From Klebsormidium nitens (Eukaryota > Plantae > Klebsormidiophyceae): a stretch of DNA of 64,000 nucleotides. This document shows, one piece after another, positions 13,052 to 25,427 of the stretch. The number at the start of each line of letters is the position of its first letter. The first letter of the stretch is position 1. The DNA is taken from the NCBI GenBank assembly GCA_000708835.1, contig DF237064.1, positions 62,001-126,000 on the forward strand, written 5' to 3'. Both the position numbers and the translations under genes were made by a program. A model generated the notes under the pieces. It worked only from the letters and a program-made list of their open reading frames with translations, was not told the origin of the DNA and searched no databases.

Positions 13052-16000
13052 ATGCAGTCCTCTCTTGCAATCGTCAGCCCTGCGTCATTGGTGGCTCCCG
13101 CGTTTGCTGCACTGCAAGTTGGAAATACCCATCAAAGTGTTTATCATGAAAGCATTTGGCGTTTTGGCAACACCGAGGCAACCATCAGAGGGGATGCTGC
13201 GGGGCTGAGGAGTGGTGGTATATATTCGCCAGTGCATAAACCTTGCTCAAAGTCTTGGGAAATGCCAGAAAGCCTAAGATGCAGACATCAGATCATCAGA
13301 GGCAAGGGGCGAAAGAGCTCTGCTATGCGACACCGCTGGAGGACGCAAGCAGGCGTTGCTGCTGAAACAGCTGCGAGTGGTACGTCATCGGCATGCTTTC
13401 TCTTTATCTCCGTACTATGTGCTTCTCTTTTTGTCAGGCGTTGTGGAAGAAGAGAGAGTACGTATTAATTTGTGTGGTAAGTTAGATTGGAAGCAATCCT
13501 TTTTGAATGCCAAAGTGAGATAGCAGGCTGGCCAGAGTGAGCTGAATGATACTAGATAAAACTCTTTTGAAGACCTGTGAAGAGTGTGCTGAGCTCAGTA
13601 TTAATCTTAAAAAGGTGATTCTTAAGCAAAGCTGATCTTCATCCAAGGTCAAGCGATCTCAGGTCAAAGTTTGATCTTCATTCAAGGTCAAGGTGAGCAC
13701 AATGACCTCAGAAGGGCGAATTCTCAGTTCAGAGGTGATCTTCTGACCAGTCGAAGGCCGCCTGGATCTGCCATGGCTAGACATATGAACGAGGGGCCCA
13801 GCACATTGAAACAAGAGGCTTCTGACGCATTTGAGGGAGAAAGTCGGAACTCCATCCAAAGTTTTGTTGGTTCTGAATAAGTTGACTGCGGTCAATCCTA
13901 GAACAGTCCACTTGATGAAGTTGACACTGGGAGCTCTAATATGGAAACTCAGAAAGTGCAGCCGCAAGAAACAGATCATCTGAAGCAGTTCCTGTCCCTG
14001 CAATCAACTCAACCAGATCGAGCATGTGAACAGAGAGAGAGTAGTAAAAAAATCCTCAAAGTTCAGAGTTCTGCTTTCTGATGGGGAGCCAGAATATGGT
14101 AGTTGAATGTGGAAGTGGGACCCTTGGCCCTGCAGATTGCCTTGTTTTGCTCTAGACTTTTCCGATCCATACGTCACGGAATATCACCTCACCCATATTG
14201 CTGCTTTCAAACTGCTTCACTCGGAAAACTTCGAGTGCTCTTTCCCATGTTCCAGCAAGACAAACAATCTCCACTTGTTTGCACAGTTGCAGAGCCGACA
14301 ACAGAAGAAGCCACAGTCTCAGGCGACGACCAGGGAGAGGAGGATGTGGGGAGCGGAGGAGACCCCGAGCATCTCATCATCGAGGACGAGTTCCTGGACA
14401 GCGCTGAGGAGCTGCGGGAGCACTTTGACAGCAGGTAGGGTGGGCATATATGAGACACAAATCTCCTGGTGAGGCGAAAGTGGAGAACGCAGGACAAACC
14501 TGGCTGGACTTACAACTGACGGAAAGTTAGGGCAATGCACTGGTCGGACAGTTACAAAGTAGCGTGGGAGAGACAGGCTTGACATACCGGGGCGCTCAAA
14601 AATTTTGCACTGGCTCGTCTCTAACAACACCCATCTTGCAAACGAAAACTGGACTTTCGTTCCAAATGATAGCAGAAATTCACCAATGACCTGTTTGGTT
14701 GGGGACCTCTCAAATTCTTCACACGAACCTTCGCCGCCTCTCTGCAAGTGTGACCGATTGCATACCCTCGCACTCTTTCTTGTCGATACTAGATTCGCCG
14801 AGCCGCGCCAAATACGCATGGACCGCTTTGTGTGGGACTACTGGCATGTGCCCAACCAGTACACGTTGATCCGGACGCCCGCAGAGGACTTCTTCCCGCG
14901 GACGTTGTACGAAAGTCTTGAGGACGCGCTGCTCTCGTACGGGGAGAACAAGCTCGGCTGCCGCAGCATCTCGCCCGTCTGGCTGTCCTACTACGTCGAC
15001 GGCTGCTCCCAGGTACTTCGTTCACTGCGAACTCCTTTTTGATCTTCCCTTCGGCAAGGATATCTTCTTTCAAAGGCGCTCAGACCTTATCGGAGGGGTC
15101 CGAGAAAGCCTCTGATAGTAACCTTTTAGGCAGTTCGGCACGGTGAGCTACCCGTTCTGCTACGTCGACGGGTGCTCCCAAGTGGTTACGCCGTTGCGAA
15201 CCCCTTCCTGGTCATTCTTTCGTGAATGATCTCGGAGATTTGGGGCCCTCGTGACCCATTTAACCGCCCAGATTTTGATTACATTCCACGTGGCCTCAGG
15301 GTCAGGCGGGCAGGTGACTAAACCTCCAGTTGTCCTTACAAATCGTTCCCATCTGTCTTCACACTCAAAGAACTGAAGAAGGGAGAACGTGGACTCCGGA
15401 GCCGATGTAAGAGCTCCCTCCTACTAGTAGCAGTAAACCCCCGGGATCGACGGTATGAGTTGTTTGGACTACAGTAACCAATTTTCCCGTCGATCGAAGG
15501 GCTCATACAGGAGGGGGGTCCCTAGGGAGTCCGCCAGGAGTTTCCGTTCTCCTTCCTTCCTTTCTCTCATATCGAGTCTGGAGGGATGGCAAGGTCCCTT
15601 ATGATGATTACCGTCACCTAGCTCGCATCTTCCTATGCTTCGAACCTTAACCGAACTAGCCATGGACAGCGGTAGTCCGGCGCTTTCTACTTTTTGGAGT
15701 TGCTAGGCTTGGTTGGCCCGGGCTAGACTATTCACGAAGGGTTGCCTGAACGAGTCTCTCGGGGCGTCTTGGACCCGCCGCTGTCGACTCTGAGTATCGT
15801 GTGGTTCCAAGATCCCACGCTTTAGATTCTGGCTATCTGGATATTCGTCACAAGACAGCTTTTTCCTTCAGAAGCACATTTTTGGGCTTTCAGCTTTTGT
15901 TCTGTTTGATTCGAAGGTACGTCGCTCCAGTCAAGAGTGTGAGTATTTGGCGAAAGTCAGACCTTCAGCTGGCATCTCCGTGAAGACACCTCTCTCGACC

Positions 16001-18902
16001 TTGCAGGAGCTACACGCGGACAACCCGCACGGCCCGTGGGCCTTCGTGCTGTCGCTGACGGACTGGGAGCGCCGGCGGTTCTCCGGGGGAGAAACGATGA
16101 TTCTGCAGCCCCACGTGCTGGACTACTGGCGGGGGTTCGAGGCGCGGCGGGGGATGGAGCTAGAAGATCTGGTGGGTAGTTTTGGAAGTTTGTCGCAATT
16201 AGTCGGTGCTTGAAGAGTTGCTTTCTTTTTTTTGGCGATTCTGCACACGTTCGCTTAGCTTGTTGTCTGAAGCGACTGTGTGTCATCATGGTATACCCTG
16301 GTCTGTTGCTTTGCTCTCGGTTGCCACGCAGCTGTGCAGCTGTTTCTCGCTGCCCGCCTCTCCTTCCTGGGTTCTGAGTACTTGTAATAGCAGCAACAAT
16401 TGCTGACAACGACGGATTGTAGGGACAAACGAAACGCCACCCTGCCCCCGAAACAAAGCCTCGATTGCAGGTAACACTGCTCGACGCTGAGTTCAGCCGG
16501 TTGACCATGTTCGAGCTTTTTACTGTCCGCCTTTACTCCTCTCGCTCTTCTTCCGTCCGTGTACTGACAGCAACACCTAAGAAGGAGAAACAGAAAAAAA
16601 GTAAAGAACAGACTCCCTTTCGCAGTGACCATGATGGAACCCAAGTCAACCGGTTGACCATGTGCCGTGTTCGACGCGCGGTCTCGGCCGTGTGTTGATA
16701 GCAGAAGACAAGAAGGACACCGAGGAATCCAGCGTTCAAACATGTACGTTCATACAGGTGACTCAGGTTGAACCCGACTTCAACCGGTTGACCGTGTTCG
16801 ACCCGCGGCTGCCCCACGGGGTGCGCCCGGTTCGTGGCACGCAGGACCCCCGGGAGGCGCGCCTCGTGCTGCACGGCTGGTTCACCGAGCCGACGCCCTT
16901 CTTCACCGGTGAGGAACACAATCATGTTCGACATTCTCTTCAAGTGTCAATGGTGCAGAGTTATCGACAACCTTCCCAAGCTACGGAAGACAATGGTCTG
17001 GATACATGGAGCTCAGAACAGATTCGTTTGAGAACTGTCTGTCGAGATCACACACGGGAGTGGACATGCCTCCGAGGCAGCGTTTGAGATGGATTGCGGT
17101 TCATTCCGTAAGAAACGACCGATATTGCCACAGGCTTGTCGTTGGTGGCGTTGATGGCCCCTGGGGCTCCCTCGTAGTCCGCATATCAGCGATTCTGCCT
17201 TTGGACAGGCGTTCCTTCTTCTTTTCGGAGCTTCATCTTGCACCCAAGGAGTCAATCTCGAGCGGCTCGCGGCTCCCGGGGCCTACCTCAAATTTAGAGG
17301 GGCGAATCGAAGAGCGAATCGCCTGCTCTTAGAAACAATCAGGAGGCTAAGATTCGGGCGACGTACAGCCCTGTCACGAGGAGGCAGCGCCTGAGTGCTG
17401 ACGTCGTGTTGCCTTGCGTCACTGTTCGAAACTTTGTTCAAATCATGGCTATCGCGGTCGACCTTGCCGACGTCATTCTTGCTTCCGCCATCCTCGCTGA
17501 CGTCATCTTTGCGCTCTTTTCGCAGGGGCGCTGGAGGAGCACGAGGCGGTGGCCTCGCTGAACGCGGCGCTGGAGCCGCTCTTCGAAGTGAGCCCCAGCA
17601 ACTCGGGATTCTCACTCAGAGATACACTCTTTGGAAAAGACCGTTCATTCGGAAGATGAGATGGGATGAGATACAACAAGACGCAGCGAATCATGTAATT
17701 CCGTTTTTTGGGGGATCGCGTCAGAACATTGAACGTGGCACTGGAGCCGCTCTTCGAGGTGAGCCCTGCAACTCGGCACCCTCACACAGCAAGAGGTTCT
17801 TTCTTAGAGTATACCCTTCGTATGGACAATCAGATGGAACGAGATGCAACAATCATAGGCTTTTATTCTGGGATTGCGGGATGCCGCGTTGGAGCCGCTA
17901 TTTAAGGGGAGCTTCGCAGGCGGGGCCGTGTCGTACGTCAGAGACGACGACAGATGCTGCTCTACCCGCTGTGTCTCCTCTGTCACGTTTATAAATGTTT
18001 CGGTTTTATTGAGTGTTGCATCGTGAGGTCCAGGCCGTTGCCCGGGTGTAGCCGAACAAACGTCGTTACAGCTGGCATTCTTGGTACTTGTCGAGGCGGA
18101 AGTCTGAAGCCATCGTACTGCGCAACCAACTGTTCACTCAGGTAAAGCTGACTTATCCACGGAACACGCAACACTCGTCGTCACGAGCAGCAACCAAGAC
18201 GGCTGGGCTCTCGCGCACACCGCGGGAGAGAAAGACGGCCAGGCTCGGACCAGGCTTGAAACGGAATCCCGAATCCTTTGATAAATAACAAACACGAAAG
18301 CGAGGTATTGTAGACGAAAATTTGGTGACTCGCTGTTCTGGTGTTTACAGGAGGTCGCCACCTTCTCTCCGTCTACTGGCACGACCACCGTCCGGCTCAC
18401 CATCTCCGGTTCTACCGGGGCGGTCACCGACCTGGAATGGCTCACGGACACGCTGATTGAGGTGCCCGGGGGAGACGAACCGGGCGCTGTTCGGGATCAG
18501 GTCCAGCGGACGATCGTGCGGCATCTGGGCGGGGCAACGTTTCCGACGAGCGACAAAGGTCGGCATAAGCTTTTTCTTAATTGTTAGCAGAAAAAGAGGC
18601 GCAAGCGGGAGATACAATCTCAGCAAGCTCTGCTGAAGTCAAAGTCCATTCGCATTTGGCGTCAAAACTCTGCGCTGCAGAACGTCGGCACATCCATGAT
18701 CCAATTACGTGTGGCTGGATTGAAATGGGTCAGGCGTGTCTGGGGCATCCTTCAGCATTGAGAGCGCAGAAGTATGTTCTTCTTTTAAATATGACAGATA
18801 TTCTCTCAGTTTCCACAGCGGCTCGTTCGCATGGCGTTGATTGACTCCGCATTTCATCCTGCAGGCGACACGTATTTGACTATGCCGTTCGTATTTGACT
18901 GA
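13052..18902 (+). CDS. 2OG-Fe(II) dioxygenase (prolyl-hydroxylase-like) with transit-peptide-like N-terminus; 8 exons (13052-13379, 14293-14434, 14793-15012, 16007-16171, 16758-16908, 17526-17587, 18351-18558, 18865-18902), about 437 aa
   Basis: HxD (ELHADNPHG), FSGGET, FNRLTVFDPRLPHGV (distal His) and RLVLHGW (2OG-binding Arg). All junctions are GT-AG and in phase. The first exon is S/A/R-rich and less certain. Confidence 0.8.
15152..15215 (+). repeat. Decayed intronic copy of the 2OG-oxygenase exon 3 end plus donor
   Basis: ctgctacgtcgacgggtgctcccaagtggttacgccgttgcgaacccc versus the real ctactacgtcgacggctgctcccag|gtacttcgttcactgcgaactcc, about 169 bp upstream. Confidence 0.8.
16465..16690 (+). 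repeat. Two decayed intronic copies of the 2OG-oxygenase exon 5 start
   Basis: gcag|gtaacactgctcgacgctgagttcagccggttgaccatgttcga and gtcaaccggttgaccatgtgccgtgttcgacgcgcgg versus the real acag|gtgactcaggttgaacccgacttcaaccggttgaccgtgttcgacccgcgg. Confidence 0.75.
17730..17915 (+). repeat. Two decayed intronic copies of the 2OG-oxygenase exon 6 end plus donor
   Basis: tgaacgtggcactggagccgctcttcgag|gtgagccctgcaactcgg and gcgttggagccgctatttaaggggagc versus the real tgaacgcggcgctggagccgctcttcgaa|gtgagccccagcaactcgg. Confidence 0.85.
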
Positions 18903-20082
18903 CATGGTAGGCGCTTCAGAGCGAACCTCATTATTCTTGGGGTAGAAACCTGGACAACAGAAGCTGTCCGGCAGCCAATCTAGGAGATGAGAACAACAAA
19001 TATATGTAGTCTAACCGCAAAGTGTTCGGGCAGTGCGAGTTGCAAGGGGTGCGAAAGCAGGCACCAGTCTTCAAAAGTCGAGCACCATGCCTAGGTTGTG
19101 TCCCATAGCAAAGCAAACGCACGAGCGGTAGTACAACAGAAATTGAGGTTTATGAGTGGCAGTGAGATCAGTTCTGAAAAACACCCATCCGTTTCATGGT
19201 AAATGGCGTCCACCACATTTCCTTAACAAAGACCAGTGGTTACAAAGAAATAGGCTTGTGCAATCCAATGCGGTGTGATACTAGCAAGTGATACATGATT
19301 CGCATTTGATAAGCCCGATGAAAAGCATACTGTTCGGAGTTCCACTAAACAACTGATCGATACATGCATGCACATGTGCATACCGCGCAACTTTACGCAG
19401 ACGAAGTAGGCACATGGTTCGCCAATCAGGCCATGTCTTATAGCCGCGTGTGCATGACCATCTACGAGTAGTACTCGATGAACAGACTCGTGAAGTCGTA
19501 GGAGGATCATGCATACTCATACTCATGTACTCATTGGATGACTTGCAGCCGTAGCCAGCTGCAGAGTCAAATCATTGTATACCCCAGTCGATCACTGACT
19601 GGAGTGTTTGCCGATGGCTCAGGGTTTATAGAAGCAAGTGACCATCGTATATATAGCTCTAGCTGGCCAGTCTTGCGCACGGTATGTGGATATATAGCTC
19701 AGTAGCCAGATTTAGTATTATACACGGTATAAAACATCACTTTTCAGAGTACACCAGCTCAACGTGATGATAAACGCTGTGAATTATTGACTTGAGCGTG
19801 CTATATAGCGCATGCTTGACCGTTAAGATTACTCAACTGAGAAGATCTCATCATTGAACACGCATCTGTCTTGACTGAATTGAGCTGCCTCAAAGTCATG
19901 ATTTCAAATTTGACGAGCTGGCACCAGTCAGAAAAGATATAGGGCCAGCATTGAGGTTAAGTTATGATTACGTGCCTAAGTGTCCCCGTTTCCAACTCTT
20001 TATATCCTCTCAAGGTATCTCGTAATCACCGCTTCAGGTACAGATTGTAGGACAGCTCAATGTCTTGGGTTTGCAGCGTGGA

Positions 20083-21454
20083 TCAGTCATTGCCATACTC
20101 GATAGACCATCTTGGCTTCTCGTTAAATAGATTCACAGCAGGCAAAAGCGCTTGCAAGTCATGAGCCATTTCTGGATGCAGCACTTGCCCTACAATGTTC
20201 AGTTCAGAGAAGTTGGGCAACTTTTGGAGCACGTGGGCCAGCGACACAAGGTCCTCCCATTCCACCGTCCTTGTGAGGGTCAGAATACGCAAGTGCTTGA
20301 GCGGTTCAAAAAGGATGCTTTCCTTTCCTGTCCAGTCACACCCGAGCACCTCTATATTTGCCATCTTAAGGATAAGTATTGGCCAAGTTTCCTTTGGTAT
20401 TACCAGTTCTTTAGGCAACTCTAGAGTGGTCAGAGAGGGGCAGCGCTCAAGAAGAGCTGTCACTCCGGTTGTGAAGATAGACTTCTCATAATCATTGCGC
20501 AAACCCCTCAAGGCACCCAGGCTCAGTTCCTGAAGTAAAGGACAATGCTCTGCTACAGCGGCAGGAACACTGCTCACACCACGAGCCCCGTGAGTCGCCG
20601 TCAATGTCCTCAAGGACGGCAGCCGGCAGGCGAGGGCAATGTCCGCCTCATCCGTTGAGCGGATAAGACATAGTTTTGGCGCAAGGTAGAGCGCCTCCAG
20701 GTTTGGAAATTTTTGCGGTATCAAGGACAAGGAGTCCTTTGTCAGACCTTCTCGCAGTGTCCCTTCCGAACGATAGGAAGGGAATTGTTTGCGACTGTGA
20801 ACGCCGTCAAGATCAAGTTCCTTGAGGCCAAGCATGCAAGGCAGGCTTTCTAAGAGTGTCGCCAAAGTGCCTGATTCAGTACGCGTCAGCCTCATCACAA
20901 GGGTCTCCAGTTTTGCTGAACCCATCAAAGCCAGCCTTAGATCGTCAACATCCACTTGGCAACCCGCAAGCACGAGGCTCATCAGGCTGTCGCTGGAGGC
21001 TGACAAAAATCTGGCCATAGTTGCTGAATCTGAGGCAGTGTTATTTCACAGTATGCAGCTCCACAGAGAACCACGCCCTCGACGACAGCAACTCGTACTG
21101 CCTTTCAAAGCCACTCGGGTTGCCGGTCCCCACAATCTCAAGCTCTGCAACATGCGGGTAGTTCTGGAGAGCCTCCCTGAGGTGGACAGACTTGCCAGCC
21201 CCCGACGCAACCACCAGCGTGGTGCAGGTACCTCGAGCATAGTCCCGCCACTCTCGGCAAACGAGCTTGCATTGTGCCCAAGTCGTTGCCCTCTGGTCCT
21301 TATGTCCCAGATCCCGTTCGACAGCAAGGTTGAGAATCCGCGAGAGAAGCTCTTGGGGAAGCGCTGCGAATGAAGATGGCTGATCAGGAACAAAAGATGC
21401 AGGCGCAGCAACCTGCGACAACGCCGCAGCGCAATGGAGGCGCTTGCCCTCCAT
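20083..21454 (-). CDS. F-box / RNI-like leucine-rich-repeat protein, with an apparent frameshift near 21020-21045
   Basis: ORF 21041-21454 has an F-box-like motif (FAALPQELLSRILNL...CKLVCREW). ORF 20083-21018 has LRR-like repeats (LKELDL, LEALYL, LRTLTA, LQELSL, LTTLEL). The two ORFs are in different frames with no convincing intron between them. Confidence 0.7.
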
Positions 21455-22398
21455 TCAGCGCTGTTAGGGATAACGTTCCGCTGGCTGAAGCCTGAAGGAG
21501 CCAATGTATAGTGGAACAAAAGAACGCTCCCTATTGAGCACTCCCTGGCTCCTAAGCTTTGGTTGAGAATGCTGTGCCAGCATGCACAGCTGGCAGCAGG
21601 ATCAAAACGAGGAAGACGTCGCGCGCGCGTGGCCGCAGCAGCAGTAATATGATGGTCGGACTCGATGGACATGCACGGTCACACTGGCAATGGCATCAGG
21701 CGCCGCGCTCCAGCGGCTACGTCGCCATCTGAAAGTGCCAGCACAGGTTGGCACGTGGCTAGGTGAACCTCGCCCTCAGGCGGCCGCGATAAGCCGCGCA
21801 CGCGATCGGTCGACGATCGGCGCGCCGGGCCGCGACCGTGTCATGGTCACGTTCAATCTTTCAGTGTTGCCAGTGACACCAAAGTTCTGGCTAAGAAAGA
21901 GCTGCGCAAAGGGCGATTTGACGTATGCCTTTCTGAAACTTTAAGCATAGAGAAGGAAATCAGGAAAGCAGCGCAGGGGAACGTCGGCTGAGGACAAAAT
22001 ACACCAGAGCTGCACAGTGCGCACCAGGATATATCATAGCCGTGAGGGCCATCGTTTTCCTTTGAAGTTGTTGTAAGTAGAACATCAGTGGGCACCAACA
22101 CCAATATTGTGATGGTTGAATTCATCTGCACCTGCCGTTGCGCTAGAGAGACCCCAGTGTGAAGAAGAAGCAACACTGAGGGCTGCCGATCCGCAGTACG
22201 AGCAGCCGGGAAACCGGGTTCAGACCCTTTCAGCGGGAAGATTCCTGAGTACTTTCAAGTGAGAGTCTGTGAGCGAAAAAGCATATGTGAGTTGGCTTCT
22301 TTCACAAGGCAGCTGACCTGCTACCTGCATTCCGTGTCAGAAGCACGTCAGAAGACGGTGACAAAACCTGTGTTGGAGCTCACGTCAGGTCGGGCGGC

Positions 22399-23533
22399 AT
22401 GTCTGTGAACGACGTCAGCAACATCCATTACGAGTGCGTCGGAGCAGCGGAAGCCCGCCAAGACTTCGACCTCCTCCGCGCCTGCTCGGAGCTCTTCACC
22501 GGGCACTATGGGGTTTGGGGAGAGAGCGCATCCAGGGTCGGCGCGCGGCCGGGCGCGCGCGTGGCCATGCGCCCCGGGCGCCTCCGGGACACGTGTCTCT
22601 TCGACGAGGACACGTGTTCGCTCGTCGTGGCGAAGGAGGCGGGGCGCCTGATCGGCCACGCCTTCGTCTGCACGTTTCCGGCGTTCCCCTTTGACCCTCC
22701 TCTCGAAGGTGACTGGGACGTCCAGTGCCCTGCTTCTCCTTCTGATGTTCTAAGTGAAGTATTTGGCCATTGTCCTGACCCATAAGACTGGTTTGAGACG
22801 CTAACTGACGTGTCCTGCTCTGTGTCCGCAAATTCTTAAGGCGCTCGAATTTCAAGAGGTGGCCTTGAAAGTAGCTTTCCTTGAGATTATTATTCTCCAT
22901 GACGGCACGTGTATCGGAACCGAGCCATTTTGAAACAGGCTTCCCGTGCATCGAGAAGAGTCTGTTCCCCTTAAGCCACACTGATTTGGATAAACATGTA
23001 ATGTGCAGATTCCCGCGCGCTCAGCGATGGCCGGATATTTGACTATCGTTCCTCAGGTGTCCTCAAACAATTTTGGCGTATCTGCAGGGACCGTTGTCTG
23101 GGTCACCCAGCTCGTCGTCCACCGAGACTACCGCCACCGGGGGATCGCAACCGAGCTGTGCCGCCAGGCGCTCGCGCGCGCACAAATTCTCGTGACGAAG
23201 CCCCCAGTCACTTACTTCGGCCTTGTGTCCTCTCACCCGTATGCCGTGCGTTCAATTGAGAGGGCGGGCGGAGTGACGTGTCGTCCTTGGCAAAGCGAGG
23301 GTCTGGCAAACGCATTGGTTGCGGCCAGCGGCATACCATATGTTCAAGGGAAAAGGATCGATCTAGATGAGCGGTGCGTCATTCAAACGGATTTTTTCGT
23401 CGACCATTCGGAAGTCGACCGGCTGGCGGAGGCGGAACAAGACTGGCGTCTTGGGAAGCTTGAGGAAGGGGAGGAGTATTTTGCCTTTGCTCGTTTGCCC
23501 TCCGACCGTGAAGCATCAAAGTATTGTCAATAG
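22399..23533 (+). CDS. GNAT-fold acetyltransferase of an uncharacterised family; 2 exons (22399-22708, 23088-23533), about 251 aa
   Basis: Acetyl-CoA-binding motif A-like segment WVTQLVVHRDYRHRGIATEL. The junction GAA G|gtgact...ctgcag|GG ACC is in phase. Confidence 0.75.
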
Positions 23534-25427
23534 CCACGTAAGTAAGGAGTCGCCAGCTGGCTCGCGATCGTTGTCCAGGCGCCCATGTCTCAATCGTCTA
23601 GCGCACAAAGAAGACTGATGCTAAAAGTAAATTGTGGTTCTAATCCTGATTTATGTCAGTGCAGGGTTTTTGGCCACTGGTCGGGATTCGCCCATCTCCT
23701 TGCGGAAGGCAAATATACAAGAGTCGCGACAGATTGGCAGCTTCACTCCGCAAGCTCTTCCAATTCTTGGATGTCATTCAACCGGTGCATATTCTGCAAT
23801 ATCTGGCCGTCGAAGATTCATAATGTGATGTTGCACACCAAACACGTGAAGCTGTAGCACGCCGATCATCATTTCAAACATGATCTGGGGCATGTGCTTA
23901 ATGATTTGTTAGTATAGTGCCAGTGGCTAGATCAGTTGCAGAACCCCCTGCTCTCCTGCCGCTACCCGTTTGATCAAGGTCTCCTGCAGCGTGCTTGTAG
24001 TCGACTCCGTGCAACTTTTGAAAGCCGCCTTGCTAAGGAACACCTACGCCCAGCTAAGCGAGAGGCTAACGTGGACACGGGTGCGGAGCATGATACAGAC
24101 CATTCCCAATCTGTGGTCAAGCAGTTCTGTCGTACGCCCGGTTGCCGACCATCTCCTGCATATTGCATCATTCAAAGTATCAGGCCACAAAGACTGTCGG
24201 TTCATAGGTCGAGTTTACAAACAGGGTTTGCAGCCAGCTTACAGATGTAATCAGCCTAAGCTCTTCGGCCGCCAGAGAGTCGTACGTTATCAACAACCAT
24301 TGCGGCGCCGCCATGCCCTCAAAGTTCGTCGCGATTCCGCTGGCTGGCTCAACAACCACTGGATTATTCTCCTGCCCTGAACGGAAGTCCGACGGATAAA
24401 GCTCTTGCCTAGCTTCCGATCGAGGGTCTATGATGGAAGCTTGCCGTTTCTGGAGTCGATCGCCGTGCTTCAGCGTGTAAGCACCGCTAAACGCAGGCTG
24501 AAATATTCTTCAGTAACGTTGTACTAGCTGAACAGCGTCGCCGGCGCTAATCCGGTCTTGCGGTGCAGCGCCCCCTTTCGACCGTCTGATTTGCAGGCGA
24601 GTGAAACACACACAAGCCTGAGGCCTAGTGACTTCTTGGGCACTGCACAAACCCACGGTTAAGCTGCGGTGTTTGCCAATGATCATTGGACTGTAGTTGC
24701 GATTCATTCATCAGAACGTATGAACGTACATCATGCACAAGCAGTGACCGACACATGCACGTGCGCTCAGGTATTCCGTACCTCATTGAAGGCAAATTGC
24801 ATTAAATCGTCACGTACATGTACATGAGTGCACCAATAATTGAGGCTGTTAGCGCGCCGCCCCATACTGCGCAAGCTAGCGAAGTTGTCCTGGTCCAGGA
24901 TATAGGCCAATGTTAGTAATTTGTACTTGGCATTGCTGAGGTATCATGGCAGCCGGCCGCGCCTCGCAGCACTGACACATGAGCGGGCCCGCCCGAGCTG
25001 TGCGCAACCATTTACCATTTCACGGTTTGTACAGACAGTGACAAGCTTCAAAGATTCACGATCAGACATGGCGGCTCGTCAAATACAAAAAGAGTCTTAC
25101 TTTACTCATAGCTTGCGCGAACATTCTTTGAGATCCGGATTTCGCATGACATCAGCTGCTGAATGATATTCCTACCAGCCCTCATGTCCGTCACTCAAAG
25201 ATTCTCGACCCGTCCACTCCCGCATGTTGATCGTGCCCTGAGTGTGGACTAGGATCATCAGAATGTCGAATCTGCTGCACGGTGCCGGCAGTACACTTGT
25301 GAAATATTTTACAAGTCTTCTACATCGCTTTCCTGGCCGGTCTGTGCAAAACTTCCCGTCCGACACAAGCGACCAATGCGTAAAGCTGCCGAGAAACTTT
25401 GAAGCGAGAGAAGAAGCAACACTGAAC

